A stretch of DNA of 64,000 nucleotides from Raillietiella orientalis (taxonomy: Eukaryota). Below are positions 38,746-50,300 of this stretch, piece after piece. Under the pieces are notes generated by a model, which searched no databases, had not been told where the DNA came from, and worked only from the letters and a program-made list of their open reading frames with translations. The position numbers and the translations under genes were made by a program. The stretch lies in the NCBI GenBank assembly GCA_036172245.1, contig JAYWIR010000033.1, forward strand, positions 434,001-498,000. The letters are read 5' to 3'. Positions within the stretch are counted from its first letter, which is position 1. Each line of letters starts with the position of its first letter.

Positions 38746-40744
38746 GTCGACCAGGATCTCCTTATGGAGCTCCTGGAACGCATGGGTTTTCCATCCGTCC
38801 TCCGGTCTTACCTACGCTCCTGCTGGCGCAACGCGTATATCAATATTGGTTTCAGCGGCCGGCACGTGTACTGCGTGCCTGAGCGACGCGGCATTTAACA
38901 GGGTGACAGCCTGAGCCCCTTGCTCTTCAGCATCTACTTCGAGTTGGTGCTGAGGGCATACAGGGTAACTCTGGCAACTCTGCCGAGCTCGTGTGCCGGT
39001 ACGCCTGCCGTGTCGGCCTATGCAGACGATCTTCTGCTGCTGCTTCCCGGGTACACCCCGGCGAGTGCGCTCGAGGACTTCTTTGAAATGCTGCGCCGCG
39101 AAACGGGCCCTAAGGTAAACAGGGCGAAGTCGTTCATGGTCTTCGTCGGTTCGGCGTGGGCTGAACGGTCGGACTGGATCTTCTTGAGGATCCCCACGGG
39201 CAGGTGATTCAAGTACCTTTGCGTTCGGTTGGGGGACTTCTGCGCAGCAGAAGCCCTGTGCGACCGTCTCCAAAAGGCAGCGTTGGCGATTGGTCCGTTC
39301 CAAGAAAGCAAGTGCTACTTGCAAGAACGGGCCGCGGTGTGGAACGCGTTTGCGGCCCCCCTCTTTGGCCCCCTACTTTAGGTTTGCCCCGTCCCTTATT
39401 TCATTCCAAAACGAGCAGCGAACCTCCTGAGGACAGTCCTTTGAGGCAAAAGGAGGTCCCGTGTGAGGCTCAAAGACTTGTGCGCTCCACGTAAGGACGG
39501 TGGACTTGGCGTACTTACGCTGGAGCGCATGGAACTGCAACTCCAATTCAGGACGCTCGACCTCGCGGCCGAATTGTGGAACACGCCTTGATGCGTTCCA
39601 GCACGCCTCCTGGCCCAACGAGCCTGCGGATCCGGCAGACTTTTGTCGTTTCTGTCTGCGCGCGTCTGCTGAAGAGCACACTGTGGCTCCATGCTGCGAC
39701 GCATCCTCGTTGCGGTTCAAGAGAACGCCTGGATCTCCTGCCTTCCAGGGAACTACTCTGCCTGGTTGCACGAGTCAGTCTCCACCTGGGAAAAGATCCA
39801 CGTTCTGGCGAGCACAAGGAACACTTGCCTGAAAAGGTACGTCCGCTGGACGCTGCAGGAGATCGTGCAGTCCCACGACAAGCTTCTGTGGGCCTTGATA
39901 ACCCCCCTCGCCACATTGCTGACACTCCTTGTGAATGCCAGGGACAGTAGCAAGCAGGGGAAATGGACCGTGTCCTGCACGATAGGAGGCAGGACACAAT
40001 CGATAAAGGCGTGGACATCTCGGCAGCTAGCGGACCCTGCGACGCCGAGTGTCCCGCTTAACGGAATTCCACGCTAGAGCGAGCTACTCGGACTATCTCC
40101 GGAGGAGATGAAGTGGCCCCCAGCGTCCTGGAACAGTGCATTCCTCCCCCTGAAATGGCAGGATGTGGCGTTGATTGTGGTACTCTGGGGATAACCATTC
40201 AAAGCACGCCTGCACCACACCACCCGGGGGGCTGTGGATCCTAATTGTGACCGGTGTGGGGAAAAAGAAACACTCCCTCACCTTCTCCTTGATTGCAGAG
40301 CCGTCCGCCCTTTGTGGGATCGTCTCGCGGCGATCCTGGACTTGCGCGGATGCGGCATAAAGGACGTTTTAAGGAGCCTCTTCTGTAGTGACGCCCTGTC
40401 CCCGCCCGCTAGTGTAGCAGTCCTCTGCTGCATGAGAGGAATAGTGGCGGCTTGGAACGCCACCAGAAGAAGGCGTCAGCCAACCGGCAAAGCCTTACAC
40501 TGGACTCGCCTTTTCGCGCGCAGTGTCTGCAAGTGGCGCCACTTAGGCGCTAAAAGGACTCAGCTTGTGCGGATCCTTGACAGGATCTAGAGGACCTGTC
40601 CACGCGCACCGTGATCCCGTCCCCGCCCTCCCACCCCTACAACATTTGTTCCTCCCCACATTTGAGCTTTTGGTTCCTTTTTGTTTTTCTTTATTCCCCA
40701 TCCCCGCGCATCGGTAGGACCTCTCCGGCATGGAGCCGGTAACC
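38726..40744 (+). mobile_element. Element G, degraded 3' portion (RT from KAFD, zinc finger, partial 3' UTR)
   Basis: AFDCVDQDLL, SAYADDLLL (38920-39207), CDRC..LPHLLLDC (40234-40590). Confidence 0.88.
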
Positions 40745-40800
40745 AGCAAGCTGTTTTGGAGTGGTGAAACTTCGAGTTCGCCACTCCAAAACAGCTGGCT
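40745..40800. repeat. Inverted repeat, 24-bp arms (22/24 match), at the G/H junction
   Basis: agcaagctgttttggagtggtgaa ... ttcgccactccaaaacagctggct. Confidence 0.9.
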
Positions 40801-41416
40801 TTCTCCACATCGCGAAAACACTTGCGCATTTTTCCAGTACAGCGCGGGAGCCGTTCTCATCCATCCGCACTGTTGTCCATGTTAGGTGGACCACAAAAGA
40901 GTGGTCCACCGTGTGTGGGAGTGAATTCCTGCCCTCAAATTGTACAGGCGTGCAGAGCATTTTGTGGGTAAGAGCTGCATGCTTGCAGATGAGGTTCGCC
41001 AACTGCCCACCGCTGCGTATTGACAGGCAAAGAATTTCATGGTCGCCAATGCCTATCTTTTTGATGGCATTGCAGAAATTTCGCGCCCTTAACGGGGAAT
41101 ATAAATTTCCGACCTTGTACAGGAGGGCCGGATTGTAGCCCTCCTGGATGTAGGATTGTATCTCGGCGATGACATCGGGCGTTTCCGCCGCTGCCACCGC
41201 GCTCCAGGCCCTCGCCGTAGTGTCGGGGCAAGGTTCAGAAGTAGCAGTGGGGCGTGATCCCACCTTCTTTGGCTTAAGAGACGCGGTCTTCCCGCCTTCC
41301 TTACCTTAAATTGCGGCGTTCACAGGCATTTCGGCCTGTCAACGTCGGCGAAACACACTCGAAACACCAGACAAAAAACTCCCTATCCACGAAGCGCACA
41401 ATAATAGCGTCCGCCG
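40777..41416 (-). mobile_element. Element H, 5' UTR plus ORF1 N-terminal fragment
   Basis: RAWSAV..EGYNPALLYKVGNLYS..SIRSG is homologous to B/E ORF1. GGCGGACG motif at the 5' end. Confidence 0.8.
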
Positions 41417-41736
41417 TTTGTCAACCGATAAACCGAGATATTTATTATTTTGAATTGTTACAAAAATTAAATAATAAAGTCTTTAAAAAATGTTTTCTGT
41501 GGGAGAACACTGAGTTCTCCAGTGCACTCAAGTTCGGTTTTTATTGTGAAAGGTAAACGCCACCTTGTCGCCGTCTCCAAAGAAATCTTCGTCTAGTGGA
41601 TGGCGTCCCTGCATCTTAGGCCTCTTCTTCTTGCGTGCCACCTTTGCACAATACCGCGCAAGCAGCAGAAGACTGGTAGAGACGCAGCTGGGTGCAGGCC
41701 GTCACTCAGAAAGCGGAGACGGTAAATGTCCTTAGG
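41417..41736 (-). mobile_element. Element H2, short 3'-end fragment (ORF2 C-terminus plus AT-rich 3' UTR)
   Basis: FLSDGLHPAASLPVFCCLRGIVQRW resembles the ORF2 C-termini of B and G. Ends AATAAAtatctcggtttatcggttgacaaa. Confidence 0.7.
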
Positions 41737-42336
41737 TTCGCTCTCGGAGCTGCTTGTGCCAGCGGATTCCCCTGCGGTCGACGAGGAGGAACGCGCCACT
41801 CTTGACTTGATCTTCACGGCGGAAGAAGTGTCTTTCGCCATTGCGGGCCTCAAGAAGCGCAAGGCGCCAGGTGAGAATGGTCTGCCTGCGGAGTTCTTCC
41901 AGTGCTTCGCGGCGGAACTCATCCGCCTGGTGCTAAGGATTTCTGCGCTGATGCGAGAGACGGGCAATGTCCCGGCCTCGTTTCGCTTAGCAAGGGTGCG
42001 AGTCTTGTTTTAAGGCGGAGACATGCGCCATTTCAGCAACTGGTGTCCGATCACCTTGGTGAATGCGGACGTCAAGTTGTTCTCCAGGCTCTGGGTCGCG
42101 CGCCTAAGCAGGATCGCTGGATTCTTGGTAAGTCCGGAGCAGTCATACCCTGTTCCCTAGCGGTCCATGGAGGCGAACCTGTTCTTCGCGCGCACGTGGC
42201 TCGAGCTGTAACTTTGCGTGGCGCACGACAACCAGGCATCCGCATCTGCGGCTGCCAGGGCAAGGCGGCGCTTCATTTGGCCTGAGGAATTGCCAGGTGC
42301 CTTGGCCTCCACGGTAGATCTTCGCAAGGCGTTAGA
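41737..42336 (+). mobile_element. Element F (C-related), RT N-terminal part up to DLRKA(L/F)D
   Basis: KKRKAPGENGLPAEFFQCF, NWCPITLVN, TVDLRKALD. The frame resumes at 57757. Confidence 0.85.
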
Positions 42337-45300
42337 TGTTCACCCGGATTTCGCCGAGGCGTTCATTGTTCAATAAACATTCACAAAGACGTGCAGTGGC
42401 TGGATTATTGCTACAGCCACGCACGAAGAAACACATAGCCTGCCTGGTCACCGATTCGCAGACCGGTACGGTCCACCACGGCAGCGGGGGGAAGGGGGAA
42501 ATACAAAAAACAAAACAAAAAAGAAAAAAAAAGTTAATAGGGTAAGGGAAGGGATCACAGTTGCTGTTGGGGCCGTTGCATCCTTTGCAGGATGCCGGCA
42601 AGCTCCTTCCGTATTCCTGGATCCAGGTGGGGCAATCCGGACGCCCCCTCCAGGAACTGGGAAGCTTGCTGGATCGCATCCTGGTCGTTTGGTCCTCCCG
42701 TAGCCTTCCTCCAGGCGGCGACAATCCCGCAAAGGCAGCACAGGGATGCTAACGAGGTCGCTGACCGAATGGTGTCGGCAACGAAGAGAACTTTCAGCAC
42801 GTATCTGCAGTTGCCGCAGGGGATTTCGATGACCGCGGCAAAGCGGAGACAAAGGGGCCGAAAGGCAACAGAATCCACTAGCAGGTGGGGGAGGGACTCC
42901 CGTTCACTACACCTGACGCAATTGGGGTCCACCGATTCCCAGGTCCAGTGGTGACGGCGGGCGTTGCAAGGGAGTCCCCAGTACTGCAACAGAAATGCCA
43001 ACTCCAGCCATTTTAAGGAGAGGGTGGAGGTGTTCATTAGTACCGGGGGCCACTTCAAACGTTCAATGGGAACGTCGAGCAGCCCGCCCCAGCGAAGAAG
43101 ACCATGGAGAGTCGTACTCGGGGTGCGAGCGTCAGTCAGCTGACCCGTCTTCCACTCTCCTATCTTCTTCTCTTTTCCAGAGATCGTTACTGTAACCTCC
43201 CACTTCGCCGCAACATTGCTATCCAGATCTTCCATCAGAGAGGGCAGCGCAGCAGCGAGGAGTGTTCTTCCTGCCCACGCTCTCTTCTTTGCATCCCCCA
43301 TGATCTCTCAAAGCTTGCAACTTCTGTAACTTCCAAAAAGGAACCTTCGTTCCTGTTGAGAGCGTTGCATGCCGAACTGTCCCCACGTGCGAACGGTTTC
43401 CGGCAACCAGGCACTACCGTTCAAAGGGCGACAGGTGAACAATCCTGGGTTTTTCCGATACAGCGCAGCCAACCTCCGTAGCTAAAGTCCGCATCGGCTG
43501 ACGCGGCGGCGGAGTGGAAGAAACGACGCCAGTCCTGTCTTTCCGGTGGCTCGCTGGAGGAGAAGACGTGCAGGGACGCACCAACAGGTGCACTACAACT
43601 CTAAAACAAGTGCCGAAATTTGGAACTGGAACTGAAGCTCCAGCCGCTCCAGCGTCAGGAGCCCCAGACTACCGTCCCGACGAGGAGCGCACAGGTCCTT
43701 TAGACGGATTCATGCTCTCCTATTGCCCCAAAAAGCAATACGGAGGTGGTCCTCTGTCCGCTTTTTAATCCTCACTGTAGGGGGACAAAGAAAAAGCTGG
43801 GGACGGAGGAGAGGAGCCGCGAACGTGTTCCAAACCGTGGCCGGTTTAAGCAGGAAAAACCTGCCTCCTCGAAACGGGCCGATCGCTGTCTCTACATTTG
43901 GGAGGCAGCCGGACCACGCTTCCGCAGGGGAGTAGTCCCCCAACGGCACAGCAAGCTACTCGAAGTACCTCATCCTGGGAATCCCCAAACGGACCCAGTC
44001 CTGCAGCCCTGCCCACGCCGCACCAACTCGCATCACGGACGACTTCGCCCTGTTTACCGTAAGTCCTGTTCCGCGATACAGCAGGTCGAAGAACTCCTCG
44101 ACCGCCAAAGCCGCGGTGCACATAGGGAGCTAAAGCAGAAGGTCGTCCGCGTACGCTGAAACAAATGACGTACCGGCACAGTCGTGCGGCAGGTGCGCCA
44201 GGGTTCTCCTGTACGCTCTCAGTACCAACTCAAAGTAGGTACTGAAGAGCAAGGGGCTCAGGCTGTCTCCCCTTTGGATCCTACGCCGCACCGGCACGCC
44301 GTGCACGGTCTGCCCGCTGAAAGTAACGTTGATGAGCGCGTCGCGCCAGCAGGAGCGCAGATAGGCCACTAATGAGGCCAAGAAGCCCAAGCGTTCCAGA
44401 AGCTCCAGCAGGAGATTCTGGTCGACGCAATCGAATGCTTTCCGCAAGTCGATTGCGACCGCAGGGGCTCCCTCCCTCTCACGACCAAATAAACCCTAGC
44501 TGGCGCACGCACCGGAATTCCGGCTGCGCACCAAGCTCCTTTCATGTTGTAGATTTAGCCAGGTGGAAGCGTGGAACAGGTTCGCCTCCATGCTTTGCCA
44601 GGGAGCAGCATGTATCTGTTCCGAGCTGATGAAGATGTTGACAACCCGTCCGAACCTCTCTGTCTAAACCATAGCTAGCAACTTGGCATCCGCATTCACT
44701 ATGGTGATGGGACGCCAGCTGTTCATGCTTCTCAGATCTCCTCCCTTAGGGAGGAGCCTCAGCTTTGCCGAACGGAACGAGGCGGTAACGTCATCTGTCT
44801 CGCGTGTCACCAAGGTGAGTTGCTATAACAAAGGGGTAAGCTCAGCCGCGAAAGTTTGCTAAAAGTCCGCGGGTAGGCCGTTCTCCTCTGGAACCTTGCG
44901 CTCCTTCAGCTTCCCGATGGCCGAGAGGATCTTGTCCATCGTAAAAGGCTCGTCGAGGGTTTTTCTCTCCTCCTCTTCGATCGCTGGAGCGCCTTTTGGA
45001 GGCAGAAGTCGTAAAAAATTTCTCTCAGGAGGTGCCCTCGCATACAGGGAGGAGTAGTAACTTCGCAGCAGGCCGCGGATTTGGGCGAGTGCCGAGTGCT
45101 TTTGGCCCTGATCGTCCAGCAAGCTGGCCGATCCGGACTGACAGGCTTGTTTCTCGGCTCTCGCTTTGTATTCCGTTAGCCTGCGGATGTCGGCGGTCCT
45201 GGCGTAATGACGGGCCTGCACATAGGCTCGTTCGTTACGGAACCCGGTCCCAATACTCGTAGGTAGGCGGTGCAGAGGGAACTGGTCGAAGAACTCCTGG

Positions 45301-45986
45301 ACCGACCGCTTGAAGCGGTCTCAATCCTGGAGTGTATGCAGCCTGAAGCTCTGTAGGAACGTGCGGAGAGGTTTCACCGCTTCCGGGAGGTTCAGTCTGT
45401 CCCCTGGGAGACGCCACGCTGACGACGAAGGGCCCCTGTCGCGCGGATGGATCTCGAGAACTATCGGGCGATGGTCGGACAGCTCGCACGGTAACTTGCC
45501 GCGCCTGCCCACGCGAGGGCACAGGTGCTCGTCAAGAAACACGTGGTCAATGCTGTCTTCCATCCCCGCGGCACTGGCCAACAAAATACAGGTGTGCACC
45601 GCCATGTACACCTCTTTGAACAGGTCACGCTCGGGATTCTGCCCATCTGGTTTAAGGCGAACGTTGAAATCCCCTGCAACCAGATGGGCATTCCGCACGT
45701 CTGCTCCGGTCAGCCAGTTGCGCCGGAGGGCGAGAAAAAATTCTTTTCTCGCCCTCCTGTTCATAAGGTCCGCGCAACTCGTTGCGTACACGTTCGTGAC
45801 GATTAGAAACATCGAGTTGTACCACCTGAGAGTCAGGTGGCCGACGCGACCGGCATTATCAAACTGTACGTCCTTTATTGGGGCCTCGATGGCTTGCGGG
45901 AGCAGGAAGGCGATACCGATTGATTTCGTGGTGCCACAGTGCCACAGCAGCCGTACTCTTGCGATCCGTTTGATCTCCCGCGCTCG
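42337..45986 (-). mobile_element. Family B' copy B4, 3' portion (most of ORF2 plus 3' UTR)
   Basis: GDFN, IDH, SDH (45321-45812), RKAFD..AYADD (44130-44447), CVRC..LPHLLVD (42555-43301). Confidence 0.9.
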
Positions 45987-47344
45987 TACAATGCAGACGT
46001 GGTTTTGCGTCTATACGCGCTAACGATCGGGCAACTTCCTGCCTGCGTTTTCGCTCCCACTTCTGTGTTCCTGTGCAATCCTCTAAGTAGCATAGTGCAA
46101 CATGGCCAGAACACAGAATAGTGTAGAAGAGGAAGCCACTGGATGCACTTCAGCTGCACTTGAAGTGCCCGCAAACTCCGTAATGGTTTCCTCGCCCCCG
46201 GTGAGGAGTTACGCCGCCGTTACCTCTTAAAGGCCAGGACCCTGCGATGCGGAGTTTCAGGCATATGTGTCATTAGGATACATGCCTACACTCCGTTATA
46301 AGGTCAGTGGGCCCCTTAACGGGAGAATCGGTCGTGAGCTCAAAGATAAGCTCGTCCGGATCGGCGTTTGCGAGGTGGAACACCTTGCCATAATGCCTGC
46401 TGGCAGGATGGAATATACGAAGATTCGGTGCAAGGACGCAGCACTTGTGCAGTGCCTTCTCCGTACGCCGTTGACCATCAACGGCAAGGAAGTCCTACCT
46501 ACCGCGATGGACGACTCTTTGTCGTTCAATTGTGCGACATCGAACCGGAAATCTCCGATCGCGATGTGGTTAGCGTGCTGGCGAAGTTTGCCACCGTGCA
46601 CGCCCTGTGGGTGAGGCCGAACCCTGTGTAGGATTTCTCCTTTGTCCACATCGGAGAAACCTCCGCGCGGATCACTCTCATGAACAGGCGTGTTGTGCCT
46701 TAGCAGCTGCTGGTGAACGGCATGGTCGTTCACCTGTGGTTCATAGGTCAGACTCACGCGTGCGAGCAGTGCGGCAAGGATGGGCACCAAATTAAAGAGT
46801 GCCCCTCTCCAAGATGCCGCTATTGCAAAGATTACGGGCACGAGATCAAAAAGGGCCCGGTACTTACAAAAAAAGGAGCCGCAGCGGAAATACGTCGGGT
46901 TCAAGAGACCACTGCACGAAAAGCCGCAGCGGCAAATAAAAAAAGATCGACCGTAAAAACTCGGAAGGAACAACGAGCGATCCGAGGATCAAAAGAAAGC
47001 TTCCCGCCCGCAACGCCCCGAAAAGGAAAAGTCACGGCTGGAAAGCCAATTAAAAAGGGGCGCGAGGGTTTGACGCGTGCTGTGCCCTCCCTCGCTGCCG
47101 AACTCGCAGGCACCTCTCCGAGCCACGTACTATGAAATCTTTGTAACAGCCTTGAGGGGAAAGTAGCAAAACAGGAAGATCGCTACAGTACGAAGAATTC
47201 TTGCCCCGTTCCGTTGTCCCTTGAGTTCCGGACAGCCCCGCTGCAGCGCAGGCCCCTTTGCAAAGGCTACGAAAGCCGTAAAAAGCAGCGTCGCGACGAG
47301 CAAAGGCACGCTGGATGCAGTCGCCCCATCGCCGACTCGGCAGG
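45987..47344 (+). mobile_element. Family C copy C2, 5' UTR plus ORF1 up to the A target
   Basis: GYMPTLRYKV, CEQCGKDGHQIKEC, CRYCKDYGHEIKK. Ends in TCGCCGACTCGGCAGG. Confidence 0.9.
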
Positions 47345-50300
47345 TTTCTTCAAGTCCCACAATGGCTGAAGTAAATTTATTTTTCAGAAATTTTTGTGCA
47401 AAAGCATTCATACTACAGTCTCATTCATACAATTTGAGCTGTTTTTACCACTCCGAAGTCCATGGGTTCACAAGTTCTGCACTCATGGCGCGTTTCCTGC
47501 TGTTTGGTTTCGGGCGTTGTCTTTTATCCACTTCAGGATGAATCCCTACGTCCAGGCTTGGATTTCCGTACAGTTTCTAATCCCGATTTTGCTCTAGAGA
47601 AGCCCTTGTAGGACCTCCATCGTTGATTCGGCTCTTCTGGCATTCCTCATTTTTCACCACCGCACAAGTATGGCGGTGATGAAGAGGGTGATGGTCGTCC
47701 TCACCATGGAATTGTAACAGGGAACATTACCATCCCCCTGAAACATCTAGGCGAGGATCTCCATCACGGATCTGTTCGTGAGACCGATGATCCTTTGCAG
47801 GATTAGCTAGTCATGCACCAATGTGGGACACGTCAAGGGGTGAAGTCTCGTGTCGTTGTCTCCACATGGCGTCCTGTCTCGAACTTCCCGTCTTCCGGTA
47901 TAGTACTGCGATCGGGATCCACTCTGGATTCTTCCATGATGAAACATCAGGAGGTCATCCTGCGTGCCCGGCGGAAGGTCACTCCTTTAAAGAATCGTGC
48001 AGATCGCTAGCAGCTTGATGCAGTCTCCTCCGTAGCGAACGGCGGCTTCCTGGAGGGCACAGATGTCACGGTCGTCTTCCCGAATTAATCTTCGTAGGTT
48101 TGTTTTGAATACCCTGGACCACGCGAAGTCGTTGTGGTTGATCCACACCTCGCGGGTCATGTGGGCAAACCTTCCAAACATTATCTCTATATACCTAAGT
48201 ATAAGAGAGCGATGTAGGTACCCTCCTCGTTTCTACTCCTGCATTCGTTGCACGGTAACTTTGGACCGCTGGTGGATCCAGCTTCTCGTGTCCGGCAAGA
48301 CAGCAAGCATCTAAATGATCACCAGGATGCACTCGTCCTGCCAGAGTTCCCTACTTCTCCTCACGATCTTGATTTTGTGCTTTCGCACCAGCCGTGTCTT
48401 CCTCGTCCTGGTTGGGTCGATTTTTTTCCATTCGCCTGCTCGGCCTAGCAGCGCAGTCATCAGGCCTTTCGAGTTGTTCAACCACAACGCGTAGGCCCAG
48501 TGCGCCGCATGCGGCCAGTCATCTCAGTGAGTGGCAATGTCCAGGATAGCTCACGTATCCATGATTTCTATGAAGTGTGCAAGCGACTTCATCCCGGAAC
48601 CGCCCTCTTCCCTGGGACGACACAGGGGTTTTAGTCGAACTCTTGGGCGATAGTGGTCCCACAGTGTTTTTCTATTCAGCTTGTCAAACTCCCTCGTGGT
48701 GCCCTTGTTCATCCTCGCCAAGGCCGCTCCGAAGAGCACTTTTGGAAGCAGTACTCCGTTCCATATGTTGGCCTTTCACTTCATTCCAAGGTCCGTTCGG
48801 GTGTACTTGGCTGCTTCCTTGGCCGTTTTACTCGAGGATCTCGGTCCACAATAGCTCCGACGCGGAGACGTCGCCAATGTAGACACCCAGGTACTTGGCC
48901 TTGTCCACCGTTCGGAATCCTCTCCCGCTAGAGGGAAGAGATCGAGAATTCCAACGGGCAAGAGCTGGCTTTTCTGGGGGTTGATCTTTAGACCCAGGCC
49001 TTGATCCATCAGGTCAACCACATCCAGAAACGCTCGTTGATTTCTCTATCCCTTGATAAAGAAGAGTAGATCATCAGCGTATGCCAGATGAATAAGACGC
49101 TGGCCATCGATTGTTATGCCTTTAAGTGGTCGGCTCTTCTCGATAAAGGACGACAACGCCTCCATGTAGATGACGAACAGCATCGGACTTAGCGAATCGC
49201 TTTGCCGGACTATCCGTCCTATGCGGATTACTGCCGTCTCCTGGCCGTTGATTTCTGATTCGGAAGTACTGGTTCTGAAGTACCACCCTCACGAGGTTGC
49301 TGAAGTGTTCCCGAAGGCCTAGCTTCTCCAGAACCTTCAGCAGCATCCCATGGTCGATGGAGTCGAAAGCCTTCTCCATGTCAGTGAACACCAGCTCCAG
49401 GTTTTCGGCGACGTATCGGCTGAGTCCAACAATGGCCTGTGCACACTTGACATTGTCCGACATGTGACGTCCAAGGACTGCACACGTTTGCACCGGAAAG
49501 ATGAGCTTCGACATGACCCTGCCTAAGCGGTTGGACCAGATCTTCGCCAACCACTCGACATTGGAGTTCAGGATTGAGATTGCCCTCCATTGAGCGATCT
49601 GGGTTGGGTCGCCTCCTTCCGGCAACAATCTCATCCTACTCTTGTAGAAGGATTCAGGTAGTCTGTTTCTTCACGGATCCATAGGGTCAACTGATGAAAC
49701 AAGCGCAAGTAGGCATGCAGATACCGCTGATAGTGCGTGATGGGTACACTGTCAGAGCCCGCCGCCACATCCTTGCGCAGTTGTCCAAAAGCAGTCTTCG
49801 CCTCGTCTTCGGAGAATTCGTTCTCCAGTCTGTTTCGCTGGAGGTCGTCGGTCCTCTTCTCGAGATAGCTCAGAAAGGCTTGTTGACTAGAGTGACAAAG
49901 ATGTGTTCGCTTGAAGTGTTTCGTGTAATGCCTGTGAAACGCTTCCACGATGTCCTCAGACGACTGTCGCTTTTGGCCGTCGTACTGGATGCAGAAGATA
50001 TCTGTTGCCAGATTTCTCTTCTCCAGCACGCCGACTTCCCCTTTTATGTTATTGAGGACGTACCCACTCTCGTACTGACCGAAGTACTTTGAGAGTAAGT
50101 GATTTTGGATGTTCAGCTACCGGTACGCCTCCTGCCTCAAGCGCCTATCCCCTAATTTCATATTCGCAAACAGGTGTATCCTGTGTTTCAAGCTGTCCGA
50201 GTCGGCGAATTTTCTGATTTTGGTGGTCTTCAGAATCGTCTTCAGAACATCCTGATGTAAAGGATGTGTCACGAACTAGGCGGGCATGCTGATGAGCGCC

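Noticed and set aside
41401..41560. AT-rich stretch as unique host DNA
   Set aside because: It follows an ORF2 C-terminal remnant and ends in the AATAAA-hairpin motif, so it is better explained as the H2 3' UTR.
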